A DNA stretch of 64,000 nt from Octopus sinensis (taxonomy: Eukaryota): NCBI RefSeq assembly GCF_006345805.1, contig NC_043006.1:29822001-29886000 (forward strand), read 5' to 3'. The translations under genes were made by a program, and so were the position numbers. The notes under the pieces are model-generated. The model had not been told where the DNA came from. It ran no database searches and saw only the letters and a program-made list of their open reading frames with translations. Positions 1-11,437 of this stretch are shown here, piece by piece. The first letter of the stretch is position 1. Each line of letters begins with the position of its first letter.

Positions 1-342
1 TATAGGATAATGTTGTCCTTGCAGGAACGCTTTTGAACATGTATCTGCTAGAGCAGAGATGACTTAGACCAAAATGGCAATGACAATAATAACAAATATT
101 TGTTATTAACTGACTGAAACAGAAGAATGCCGGAATAAATGACAAACTGTTTCATTTTGTCCGTCTGTGTCAGGTTTGGTCCATGATAAAACCTCCACCA
201 GACAAAAGTTTCGGTAAAAAAGAACTGAAACAATTTGTTTAAATGTTGGATAATTTTTATACAAATATACTTTCATAGTAAATCTATCTTTCTTGGGAAG
301 AAGAAAAAAGATATGACTTCTTGGTGTGTATATAATAGCATA

Positions 343-415
343 TTTTGACACAAGGCCAGCAATTTGGGGGAAAGGATAAATCGATTACATCGACCTCAGT
401 ACACAACTGGTACTT
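343..415 (-). mobile_element. SINE family A fragment (central domain plus type-2 tail)
   Basis: cacaaggccagcaatttgggg...gattacatcgacctcagtacacaactggtactt matches the SINE A copies at 27069 and 60303. Confidence 0.7.
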
Positions 416-420
416 CTTTT

Positions 421-1340
421 GGTACTTTTTGGTTATTTTACACCATTAAGAAAATTGCCATTAAAAATTTGGGTTATATCCCCACTAAAAAGTTTAGTTT
501 ATGTAGCGACAAGAGATTGAATTAAAAGGGTTTAGATCCTTTTGATTCAATACTTCAACATATTGTTAACTTTTGGCCTACTCAATAGGAATGCTATGAT
601 TTGTTATAAAAATGTTATTAGATTCAATAACATTTTATTTTCGCAGTTTTCATGTTTATTAATTCTTTCAGTTTTATATGATTTGTTATGAAAATGTTAT
701 TTGATTCAATAAGGTTTTTATTTTCTCAGTTTTCACATTAATAACTTTTTCAGTTTGTTGACTTTTGGCCAACTCAATAGGAATTCTATGATTTGTTATA
801 AAAATGTTATTAGATTCAATAACGTTAATAATTTTTTCAGTTTTATATGATTTGTTATGAAAATGTTATTAGATTCAAAAAGGTTTTTATTTTCTCAGTT
901 TTCACGTTAATAATTTTTTCAGTTTTATATGATTTGTTATGAAAATGTTATTAGATTCAAAAAGGTTTTTATTTTCTCAGTTTTCACGTTAATAATTTTT
1001 TCAGTTTTATATGATTTGTTATGAAAATGTTATTAGATTCAAAAAGGTTTTTATTTTCTCAGTTTTCACGTTAATAATTTTTTCAGTTTTATATGATTTG
1101 TTATGAAAATGTTATTAGATTCAAAAAGGTTTTTATTTTCTCAGTTTTCACGTTAATAATTTTTTCAGTTTTATATGATTTGTTATAAAAATATTATTTG
1201 ATTCAATAAGGTTTTTATTGTTTCAGTTTTCATGTTTATTAATTTTTTTCAGTTTTATATGATTTGTTATGAAAATATTATTAGATTCAATAAGGATTTA
1301 TTTTTTTAGTTTGGCCGAAATGACCCCAGTATTTTTGGTT
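421..1340. mobile_element. Non-autonomous element with degenerate terminal inverted repeats and an internal 82-bp tandem array
   Basis: Left end ccattaaaaatttgggttatatccccactaaaaa (~457-490) is loosely inverted at 1305-1338; the interior is the tandem array. Confidence 0.5.
590..1310 (+). repeat. 82-bp minisatellite, about 9 units
   Basis: Anchor gatttgttat at 598, 680, 790, 849, 931, 1013, 1095, 1177, 1261; spacing mostly 82. Confidence 0.9.
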
Positions 1341-1608
1341 TTCTTTGAAAGCTGGTACTTATTCAATCGAGCACTTTTTGCTGAACCGATAAGTCACGTG
1401 GACGTAAACACACCAACACCAGTTGTCAAGCAGTGATGGTGGGGAGGGGGGGCAAACACACACACACAGACACACACATGCTCTCAAGGCTTTGGTCGGC
1501 CCGAGACTATAGTAGAAGACGCTTGGTCAACGTACCACGCACTGGGACTGAACCTGGAACCATGTGGCTGGGAAGCAAGTTTCTTACCACATAACCATGC
1601 TTGTGCCT
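1341..1608 (-). mobile_element. SINE family B (tRNA head, CORE-like central motif), partial
   Basis: Reverse complement reads gtggtaag...catggttccaggttcagtcccagtgcg...; same family as 17119, 17742 and 37280. Confidence 0.8.
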
Positions 1609-1670
1609 ATATTGTTATATATATATTTATATATATATTTATATATATATAGTCTATGCATGTATGTATT

Positions 1671-1799
1671 AAGGCGGCGAGCTGGCAGAATCGTTTGCAC
1701 GCCGGGAAAAAATGCTTAGTGGCATTTCGTCTGCTACCACGTTCTGAGTTCAAATGCCGCTGAGGTCGACTTTGCCTTCCATTCGCTCAAAGCCGATAA
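1671..1799 (+). mobile_element. SINE family A, 5' part (tRNA-derived head)
   Basis: ggcggcgagctggcagaatcg (A-box-like)...gttctgagttcaaat (B-box-like)...gaggtcgactttgcctt. Confidence 0.85.
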
Positions 1800-1803
1800 C
1801 ATA

Positions 1804-2090
1804 AAGGTACTTATCTCACACCCCATTAAAAAATTGGTTTATCTTCCCAACTAAAAAATTTATTTAACCCCCAATAAAACAAAAAAATTAATAAACACGA
1901 AAAGAGAAAAGATTAAACACCTTATTGAATTGGATATTTTTATAATAAATCACATAAAACGGAAAAAATTAATGAACATGAAAACTGAGAAAAATATAAA
2001 CCTTATTGAATCTAATAACATTTTCATAACAAATCATATAAAACTGAAAAAAATTAGTAAACATGAAAACTGAAACAATAAAATCCCCAC
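1804..2090 (-). mobile_element. Second, inverted copy of the 82-bp-array element
   Basis: ccttattgaatctaataacattttcataacaaatcatataaaactgaaaaaa is the reverse complement of the array unit; the terminus resembles 457-490. Confidence 0.75.
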
Positions 2091-2696
2091 AATTATCTTT
2101 TTAAATAGAATTTAATGACGATATGAAGCCTAGTGTAAAAGCGAAACATTTAATTAAAAATAAAAACAAGTAAAAAGTGTTCATTTAGTAGTTATTTTTT
2201 GTCATTTTAAAATTGCTAAATGATTGCCTTGAAAACTAAAAGTCAAGGATTTCAGAATATCCTTTTTTATACATTTGCAGGAATCACTCCTTTTTGTTTC
2301 CAGTGCCACTTCATATTGAGAAGAAACAACGTTAAAAATATAGGAAGTTCAATCTGTTTACGCACACGCGCATATATGTGAAATCTATAATTTGAATTTT
2401 AGAAACAATTTTTCGTGAAGATTATTTGGAGGACAACTTCAGCTTAACATTATCCTGTTAAAATCCACGCAGGAAATATATGCAAAGAAAAGCTTTACTG
2501 AAAGTGCTAGAGTAAGTCGATGTCCTATAAATCGTGTAACGCAACACGATGTTTGACATTCATTACAGAAAACAAATATATCACAACGAAAGTATATTTG
2601 CCTAAAGACAAACTCGAAAGTGCATTTTTTTTTAGTCAAAAGAAGGTAAACCTATTACTTTACTACAGAGTAAGATAATTCCAGATATACGGTACT

Positions 2697-2766
<70 letters not shown>
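2697..2766. repeat. (TA)n-(TG)n microsatellite
   Basis: Directly visible. Confidence 0.95.
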
Positions 2767-2770
<4 letters not shown>

Positions 2771-3163
2771 GTAAAAAACATATACAACTGGGACAAGAAC
2801 GTGAAACACCTAGAAGACGACACAAGAACCACAGGACGGGACATTCGAAGCCCTCAGTCATCAGTCAAGAACCGGATCATCTTCGCAATTTCGGCTGCTT
2901 AATCTTGAGATTGCTCCGACCTGGGCAGCCCCCAAGGGAAATCTAAGCCAAGCGCATTAGATCCCTTGGAAGAAAGCTTCGAATGTATACAACACAAGGA
3001 CGGAAAACGAACGATGTACACGAATAAAAATACAGAAATACGTGAAAACAATAAGGAAAACTCGAATAAGAATACAAAAACGTAAAAATAAAGGTAAGGA
3101 TAAAAAACAAAACCAGGACGTAGGTCAAGGGTCTTTCGACAGGACGAGTTGAGTTGGGGCTGG

Positions 3164-3164
<1 letters not shown>
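2767..3164 (-). mobile_element. Unclassified interspersed repeat between microsatellites, possibly a Penelope-like terminus
   Basis: GC-richer block bounded by (TG)n and (TA)n; the minus strand has CTGATGA and CGAAA but no canonical hammerhead geometry. Confidence 0.3.

Positions 3165-3231
<67 letters not shown>
3165..3231. repeat. (TA)n microsatellite
   Basis: Directly visible. Confidence 0.95.
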
Positions 3232-3234
<3 letters not shown>

Positions 3235-3480
3235 AAGACTGTTTCAACGAAGTCGCGTATTGTCCTTACCTTCGACCCGCGGAGTAGATGAAACAGGGAC
3301 AACTGATGAAGGGGAATATTCTTTATGTTGCATGTCCCGTTTCTCTGTTTTTTCTTTTTTTTTTCGTTGCTCGAAAAAGTTCGTTTTCTATGTTTTCGTT
3401 TTTACGTTTTTGTTTTTCATTGTGTTCAACGTTTTTTTTATGTCCTGTACCCATATATGCATGTATATAAACATATATAT
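3235..3480 (+). mobile_element. Interspersed repeat, copy 1 of 2 (possible Penelope-like terminus)
   Basis: gactgtttcaacgaag...gtagatgaaacagggacaactgatgaaggggaatat...tgtcctgtacccatatatgc recurs at 3849-4060. Confidence 0.6.
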
Positions 3481-3848
3481 GTAGGTATGTACATATATGC
3501 ACGTATATATGCGTATATTTATATATTATTTATATTATTATATGATTGAACGCCACGCATCCCTTTCCAAGTAAGTTTTATCTTAATAATTACGATGCAC
3601 ACTCTTCTTCTATCTCTACTATCTCTCCTCTGTCTATCTCTCTCTCTTGTTCATCCTTTCTGTTTTTCTCTCGTGCTTTTACCTGTCTCCTCTCATATAT
3701 CGTCCTCTTAGCGTTCATAATTTTTCTATCGTCTTGACTCAACAACCCTCACCGTTTGTTTTTACTGTTTTGTTCTCACTGTCCTGTTTTTGTTACCACT
3801 TTCACCCTCCACAAAAAATCCCAAATTTTATTTAAATTGCTTTGCGGG

Positions 3849-4060
3849 AAGGACTGTTTCAACGAAGTTTACCTTCGAAACGCAGAGTAGATGAAACAGA
3901 GACAACTGATGAAGGGGAATATGACTCGTTTCCCAGTTTGTTTTTTCGTTGTTCGAGAAAATGTTTGTTTTCTAAGTTTTCGTTTCGCATTGTGTTTAAC
4001 GTTTTTTTAATGTCCTGTACCCATATATGCATGTATATCTACATATATATGTATGTGTGA
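3849..4060 (+). mobile_element. Interspersed repeat, copy 2 of 2
   Basis: Diverged direct copy of 3235-3480 with small deletions. Confidence 0.6.
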
Positions 4061-4076
4061 ATTATATATATGTATG

Positions 4077-4185
<109 letters not shown>

Positions 4186-4521
4186 CGTGCGTGTGTGTGT
4201 GTGTGTGTATGTATGTATATCAGTACAAATAAAAGGGTAAATTAATTAATCATTCAATCAATCAATTAATTAATTAATTATTAGATATTTTACCAAGAAG
4301 TTCGGTACGTTAAAATAACCTTTTTATGTAAAATTATACAAATATTCTATAATTATAAACATAATTATAATCAGGGGTCAGCTAATTGCTTCGCCACGCA
4401 CCGAATTTAGAAATAGGAGTTAAAATGCCTTTTCTACTACCATAAACATCTCCCAGACAGTAACACACTTTTTTTTTGATAAGCAAAAAGAAAAAATAAC
4501 GAATCCACACGACTCAGATTA

Positions 4522-4579
4522 GCTACATACGCGTTTCGAGATTAAAGTAAAGTTATTTTATTCTCATCTTCAGTGCAGC
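4522..4579 (-). ncRNA. Minimal type-I hammerhead ribozyme (Penelope-like element type)
   Basis: Minus strand: gctgca-CTGAAGA-t-gaga...tctc-GAAA-CGCG-TA-tgtagc. 6-bp stem I (one G-U), 4-bp stem II, palindromic stem III, GUA site between 4528 and 4527. Confidence 0.85.
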
Positions 4580-4604
4580 ATTATTAATTATGTTTATAAT
4601 TATA

Positions 4605-4607
<3 letters not shown>

Positions 4608-4662
<55 letters not shown>

Positions 4663-4666
4663 TATG

Positions 4667-4700
<34 letters not shown>

Positions 4701-4758
4701 CATATATGTATAAATATATATATATGTGTATATATATATGCGCATATATATGTGTATA

Positions 4759-4801
<43 letters not shown>

Positions 4802-4906
4802 ATATATATGTGTGTGTATATATATATGTGTGCATATATATATGTTTATATATACATATATATATATGTATATATATACTTATATATATATATGTTTATA
4901 TATGTA

Positions 4907-4941
<35 letters not shown>

Positions 4942-5200
4942 GTTTATATATATATATACACATATATACATATACATATATGTATATGCATATGTATATA
5001 TGTGTACATATATATGTATATATATATATGTGTGTACCACGACTCTCTCTATATATATACACACACACACACTCATACACACACACATCGCAAACACACA
5101 CATATATATATAGAGAAAGAGGGGGTGAATATATATATATATATATATATATATAATGAGAGAGAGAGAGAGAGACTAAATGCACGCACACACACATACA
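4608..5200. repeat. Compound (TA)/(TG)/(CA)/(GA) microsatellite field
   Basis: Directly visible; explains the YIYI-type ORFs. Confidence 0.95.
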
Positions 5201-5425
5201 TACTCCAAACCAACAACTAGCAGCCATTCTATAGAAAACCACAAGCATGAATAATATAATACGGTAAAATCCACGAAATAATCCTGCTGCTGAAATCTTC
5301 CTCCCTTTTATCAACAAATATTTTTCAAAATCTGCCAGCTTTTCAATAAAGACAACGTAGAGATGTGTTGTATGGCGAAGGTGACCACTATCAAAGTCGC
5401 AACTCAAACATTTAGTGCGAACACT

Positions 5426-5500
5426 TCTATATTTATAAAAGTGAAATTCTGTCTGTCCGCCTGCGACCCCTGTATCTTAGTGTACATTCGCTCTAAATAG
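5426..5500 (+). mobile_element. Possible Helitron/Helentron-like 5' terminus fragment
   Basis: tctatatttataaaagtgaaattctgtctgtc resembles typical non-autonomous Helitron 5' ends; no 3' end found. Confidence 0.3.
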
Positions 5501-5520
5501 TCATATATATATATATATAT

Positions 5521-5635
5521 GGAATCAGTATAATCCCGGGATTGAAAAGCTGCCCTTCATTTGGTTCTTGAACATCTAGCATTGGGATCTGATTTAAAAG
5601 CATTTGAGTTGCTATTTCTAGCAGAGATCAAGAGG
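5521..5635 (+). repeat. Unclassified dispersed repeat (partner at 41351-41462)
   Basis: ggaatcag...gattgaaaa...catttggttcttgaacatc...gttgctatttctagcag is shared between the two sites. Confidence 0.65.
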
Positions 5636-6569
5636 GAAATAAATGACATTCGGTTCGTTAATTTTACGTCGACAATTGGAATTCAACTTGAGACTGGAAC
5701 AACAGAATGACTGCATTACAGAATTAATTCTCATCCATCCTTAACCTCGGATCAAACACGACCGGGGCATACAGTCATTATAGATGTATTATAGTCATGC
5801 TCTTTAGCTCTATTTAGTGCGGCTTTTAAGCTAGTGAAGAATTAAAAGGCTCTATTAGCTACATAGGGTGCATTCAAAACTCTTCTGTACCAGTACAACT
5901 ATTCATTCCATCTATGTCAGCTAGAAACCACCACAGCATTCTCCCAGTATATTTGGAGATCGAAAGATGAAACAATATACACAAAGAAATTATTCAAACT
6001 ACTACAATTTCTCAACTAGAGAGAAATTGCATGTTATCCGCCGTCTCATTCCAATTCATGGAACATCAACAAAATCTCAGTTCAAAACATCACCTCTTTT
6101 AACCAATAGGCAGGCACACTATCACTTCTCACGTGCGTTCTTTCTCCTTTCTTTTTTATCCTTTCTTTATCCTTTCTTTATCTCTTTGTTTTCTATCTCT
6201 CTATCTCTTTTTCTCTATCTCCCTCCACCCTTATTCTCTCTTTCCTACCTTCGAACATATTCATCTAATGTAAACTGGTTTTAATACACTTAAAGTATAC
6301 ACTTTATTGTGTACCGCAATAATTTCTATACTGCAACAAAAAACACTCAATCACGAGAGGAGTTGAAGCCCCCTTTTTTTGTAGTTTATAGACTGTTGCT
6401 TATATACATCTCTAGTGTCTTGATTGCTTAATATGTGCAAACATGCTTGCACACACATACACACACTTACACACTCACATACACATATGCTGGAAGGATG
6501 ATCAGTGACAATTTAAAAAAAAATAGAACGTGTGCAAACAGTAAGTTCATAGTAAGTCAAGTCACCGTT

Positions 6570-7560
6570 CCGAGTACTAAGGGAGTATTTCAGTGTATTT
6601 ATGTCAACAAATGAAGTCCCCTCATTGATTCTCCAGAGACTTTACTCTTGTTCCAAAAATCACTCTGGAACTTTTGGAGCTCCCTTACTCGACCTTCACA
6701 ATTTGGGTTTATCCCTGACTCCAGCTACTGTAGCCAACTCATCGAGTTTCTTGAGGACATCACCCGAGTTACTGATGACGGCTCATGGGTGGATGTTATC
6801 TATCGTGTCTTTGCTAAAGCCTTCAATTCTGTGTAACACAAACGACTTATGGCAAAACTCTGCAATGTGTGTAAAAGATGATCTCTATAACTGGCTGAAG
6901 TCCTTCATTCTCTGTCGGAAAGAGGTGGTTACGGTTCTAGGATATCATTCTTCACCCTACGAGATGACTTCTGGTGTACCACAGGGATCCATTCTCATTC
7001 TCTGTTGGAAAGAGGTGGTTACGGTTCTAGGATATCATTCTTCATCCTACGAGATGACTTCTGGTGTACCACAGGGATCCATTCTCAAACCACTACTGTT
7101 TGTTGCATATACTAATGACATAGATACCAACTTGAGGAATGTTAGTGTTGAAATATGCAGATGACACCAAGCTGTACCGCAAGATAAAAAGTACAGATCC
7201 TATGCGCTATCTTTCCTGAAATCAGACCTGGACACAATGCAACAATGGATTTCTATCTGGCAACTCAACCTAGCTGTGGAAAAATCCAGCCTTTACATAC
7301 TCCCTCAGCAACTCCAATCTCAAGAAGTCTTCTAGTGGACGTAATCTGGGCATTATCGTAAACAGTGATCTACGTTGGACAAACCACATCTCTAAGATTG
7401 TCAAGAAAGCTGAGGGGTGGTGGTGCTAGGATCACTCAGTAAGACCTCTGTCAGCCACTCTCCAGCTATCTGTTTAAAGTTGTATATGACAATGGTACGT
7501 CCACACTTGGAATTTGCATCACCAGTCTGGAATCCCTATCCTTTCGCCAAACTAGAAAGG
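6570..7560 (+). mobile_element. CR1/Jockey-group LINE reverse transcriptase fragment, frameshifted
   Basis: QFGF...VDVIY..FAKAFNSV, SGVPQGSILKPLLFVAYTND, ADDTKLY, LYMTMVRPHLEFASPVWNPY across frames. Confidence 0.9.
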
Positions 7561-7561
7561 A

Positions 7562-7576
7562 TTATTATTATTAGAA

Positions 7577-7611
<35 letters not shown>

Positions 7612-9030
7612 CATTATTATTATTACTATTATTGCCTTTGCACAGCTTCTAACGCTGGAGATGTAGTTCGGTGTCAGCTGTTCACTACCAGTGAACTAAG
7701 GTAACACTCCTTATTTTTCGAGCCCCTTCCGGAGTATTCGAGCGGTTCCAAGCAGTGCTGTTTTCTGCAAATGCTCCACTCTTATTGCAGCCCCTATTTG
7801 TTTCACGTACTTCTCAAGATTTTTGCTCACTGTTCCCAGGTCCCCGATAATTATTGGTACTACTGCTACCTTTTTCATGGACCACAACTGCTTAACTTCA
7901 TATCTATCATATCTCTCGACTTTTCTTTCTTCTTTATCGCATACTTTGTACTTTGTTGTCAGCTGGGTATGCCATATCTATGATCCAGCATAATTTGCTT
8001 TCTTTATCAATTAAGACTATGTCCAGCTTCCTATTCTCTATCGCATAGTCGCAATGAATCATAAAATCCCATAGGATTTTTGCATTTCTATTTTCGACGA
8101 TGCCTTCAAGCTTGTGGTTGTACCAATTTTTTACTGTCAAGTCAATACTTGTTGCAAAATGTCCAATGGACAAGCTTTACTATATTGTCGTAGCGTCTCT
8201 TATATTCCTTCTGGGCTAGTGGCGTACATTGGCTGGTAATATTCCATACGGTTTCACCGTTTTGTCCACAGATTCTGCACTTATCACTTTCTGATGTTTT
8301 CTATTCTGCATTTTATGTAGTTTGTTCTTAGTGCTTGCTCTTGGGCAGCACAGATTAGAGCCTCCGTTTCCGGTTTTAAATCACTTTTAGTCATCCGCAG
8401 CCATCTTTTTTTTCTGTCTGTCTTATCTTCAACATCCCTATGAAATTGACCATGCATTCTTTTCTTTATCCACCTATTTTCAGTTTCATTTGTTTTCAAT
8501 TTCTTGTATAGTGCTTTATGTTTGAAATCTTTCATCCTACACAAGCCTGACTTTGTTACTTCTAATATTAGCGGTTCTGTGGCATTTTTTACATACCATG
8601 CTATGTTGCTTTCTTATGATCTAATGCTGTGTTCGTATCCAATAAGTCCTCTTCCCCCTCTTTTTCTTGGTACATACAATCTGTCTGTGTCACTTTTTGG
8701 GTGGAATATCCCATATTTAGTTAGCAACTTCCTTGTCTTTCTGTCTAAGCTGTTTACTTCGTCTACCGTCTATGCGAGTACCCCTGCTCCATATCTAAGG
8801 AGTGAAACTGCCCAGGTGTTGATAGCTTCGATCTTTATTCCGTCCGTTTATTTCGACTTCAGGATCAGTTTCAGTCTGCGCAAGTACTCCACCTTCAAAT
8901 TTTCTGTCATTTCTTACACCATCAATTTATCCATTTCTAAAATACCCAAGTACTTATAGCCCGTCTCTTCTATTTGCTTCATAACCTCCCCCGAAGGTAT
9001 CGTTAGCCCGTCCATGCATTTGACTTTGTC
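7562..9030 (-). mobile_element. R4/Dong-like RLE LINE, 5'-truncated, with (TAA)n tail
   Basis: YKYLGILE, MHGQF..LKPETEALICAAQEQALRTNYIK, ILWDFMIHCD...KLDIVLIDK..CWIIDMAYPAD, LQKTALLGTARIL-like end; (att)n at 7562-7632. Confidence 0.9.
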
Positions 9031-9555
9031 TCTCTCTCTCTCTCTATTATTATCATTATTATTATTACTGAGTAAATGAGAATAAGAACAGACCAAACAC
9101 ATCAAATGATACTTGAACCAAACACGCTGCTGTCTTTTAAAATTGACATTTTGAACAATGTGTCCTCGATGGATTATGCCTGATATTTAGATGAACCGGT
9201 TATGGTTGGAATGCCTTTGGTAACTGGACTTTTGGATCAGGTCAGGCATTCTCGTTAAAACAACAACAAATGATCGCTTGATATGTGCGTGTGCGCGTGT
9301 GTGAGTGTGTGCGCGCGCGTGTGTTGGCAATTAAAGAGTGAAGTGTAAACTGTCTCAACTAACTTACCATCTCAATAGAAGTAACCATTATACCAAACAG
9401 TCCGTTTCCTTTTAGCAAACCTACCAATTTTCAAAAGATGCTGACGATTTCGTGTGGAACTATAAGCTTCTTTGGGCGTTTTCAAAATCCTCTTCGTGAT
9501 ACTCTCGAGATTTAGAGAAAATATTAATGGATGTCTACGTGTGTGTATCGCATAG

Positions 9556-9609
<54 letters not shown>

Positions 9610-9761
9610 TATATAGCTATGTAAATGCAAATGTTTGTACACTATGTATGTGTACACGTGTGCACTATATACGTATGCATTGTTTTATTCACTTTTTTAT
9701 TCTATATATGTGGTTACATGCAACATGTGTGTGCGTGCGTATGTGTGTGCGCGTGTATAGG

Positions 9762-9802
<41 letters not shown>

Positions 9803-10104
9803 TGTGTGTGTGTGTGTGTGTGATGTGTGTGTGTAGTTTTAAATATTTCAGACATCACTGGGCTTGGACTATTTTTTAATTTATACCATCATTTTCCTTT
9901 AACAAAGTGTGTACGTATGTGTGAGAGAGAGAGAAGGTGGCATGTGTGAGTATATGCACACTGAAGTGCTTTTATACTTATCTCTGAGCCTGTCTCTATG
10001 TTCTGGTGAAGTTATATGTATGTATGTATGTACATACGTATAACGTTTATATATATACATATGTATGTTTGTATGTACATACATATATAGATACATCTAT
10101 CAAT

Positions 10105-10279
<175 letters not shown>

Positions 10280-10358
10280 TATGCGTGTATATGTACATGT
10301 AGAGGTAGGTACGTACATATATGTTTATATATATGCATATGTTTTATTTCATTTATTA

Positions 10359-10419
<61 letters not shown>

Positions 10420-10420
<1 letters not shown>

Positions 10421-10738
10421 TCGGTTCAGGTACTCTATCATGATAACCCACAGATATATAGCGAAATATCGGTATCCATCACCTTTCTATGACTTTCAAG
10501 CGTTTTAACACCCAGCATTATGAGGGAATCATCCTCCAAGCACTCTACCGCAGAGAACCGTTCAACAAACAAAACACATACATTGAGTATGTGAGGTCGA
10601 TAATGTTTACAATACTAGCGCTGCTTATAATTCGTTATTGAATATATACATTATATATATATAGGGTCTGAAGAAATGCTGTAAAACTAAGCGCATTATG
10701 GACGTGAAACCCAGGGTAATCCCACAGACCGGCCATAT
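10420..10738 (+). mobile_element. Penelope-like element 3' relic
   Basis: 10501-10575 translates RFNTQHYEGIILQALYRREPFNKQN, loosely like the GIY-YIG C-terminal E..I....P..N.Q pattern; followed by a hammerhead; flanked by microsatellites. Confidence 0.45.
10664..10722 (+). ncRNA. Minimal type-I hammerhead ribozyme candidate
   Basis: gggt-CTGAAGA-aatgc...acgt-GAAA-CCCAGGG-TA-atcc. Stem I 4 bp (one G-U), stem III ccc/ggg, stem II weak. Confidence 0.55.
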
Positions 10739-10794
10739 CTATCTATCGATCTTTCTATATATATGTATGTGTGTGTTTGTGTGTGTGTGTGTAC

Positions 10795-11028
10795 TGACAG
10801 ACATAGACAGACAGACAGACAGACAGACAGACTGACAGATAGACAGACTGACAGATAGACAGACAGACAGATAGACAGACTGACAGATAGACAGACTGAC
10901 AGATAGACAGACAGACAGACAGACTGACAGATAGACAGACTGACAGACAGACAGATAGACAGACAGACATAGAAAGACACATAGATAGACAGAGACAGAC
11001 AGACAGTCAGAGACAAAGACAGACAGAT

Positions 11029-11125
<97 letters not shown>

Positions 11126-11126
11126 C
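10795..11126. repeat. (GACA)/(GACT)/(GATA)n microsatellite
   Basis: Directly visible. Confidence 0.95.
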
Positions 11127-11254
11127 ACATGCATATACTCGTATAAGTATTATATCATATTATATTATATGGACTATTGGTAAGAGTGTTGCACCCACGA
11201 TCGCGAGATCCTAGTTTTAATTCCTAGACCGGGAAATGCATTGTTTTTTAGCAC

Positions 11255-11437
11255 TTTTTATGCTATGACTTTTCACCATCAGACGATAAAAAAGTGACAT
11301 TGAAATCCTATTGTTTTTCTCTCTCCAGAAATTATTCGATGTCAATTGACCTCACAATAGAAAGACGTAAGGAAATTGTTGTGGCTATAGAACATGATTT
11401 CAAAATGAAAAATATTCGCTTAGAGCGAGAATATTGC
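11255..11437 (+). mobile_element. Mariner/maT-like 5' fragment
   Basis: Encodes MSIDLTIERRKEIVVAIEHDFKMKNIRLER-like N-terminus resembling the 28102 transposase start; inverted copy at 12321-12504. Confidence 0.55.

Noticed and set aside
590-1310. CRISPR-like array
   Set aside because: The units are contiguous with no unique spacers, and the context is eukaryotic.
1671-1799. tRNA genes
   Set aside because: The A/B-box sequences are SINE heads; no cloverleaf can be formed.
4584-5407. Long ORFs (YIYI, CVCV, THTH, LSIY types) here and throughout the window
   Set aside because: They are translations of microsatellites that lack stop codons.
6772-6778. Isolated CTGATGA/CTGAAGA heptamers (also ~19734, 23790, 35534, 38730, 47073, 55790, 59487)
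   Set aside because: No correctly placed GAAA, stems or UH; several lie inside LINE coding sequence.
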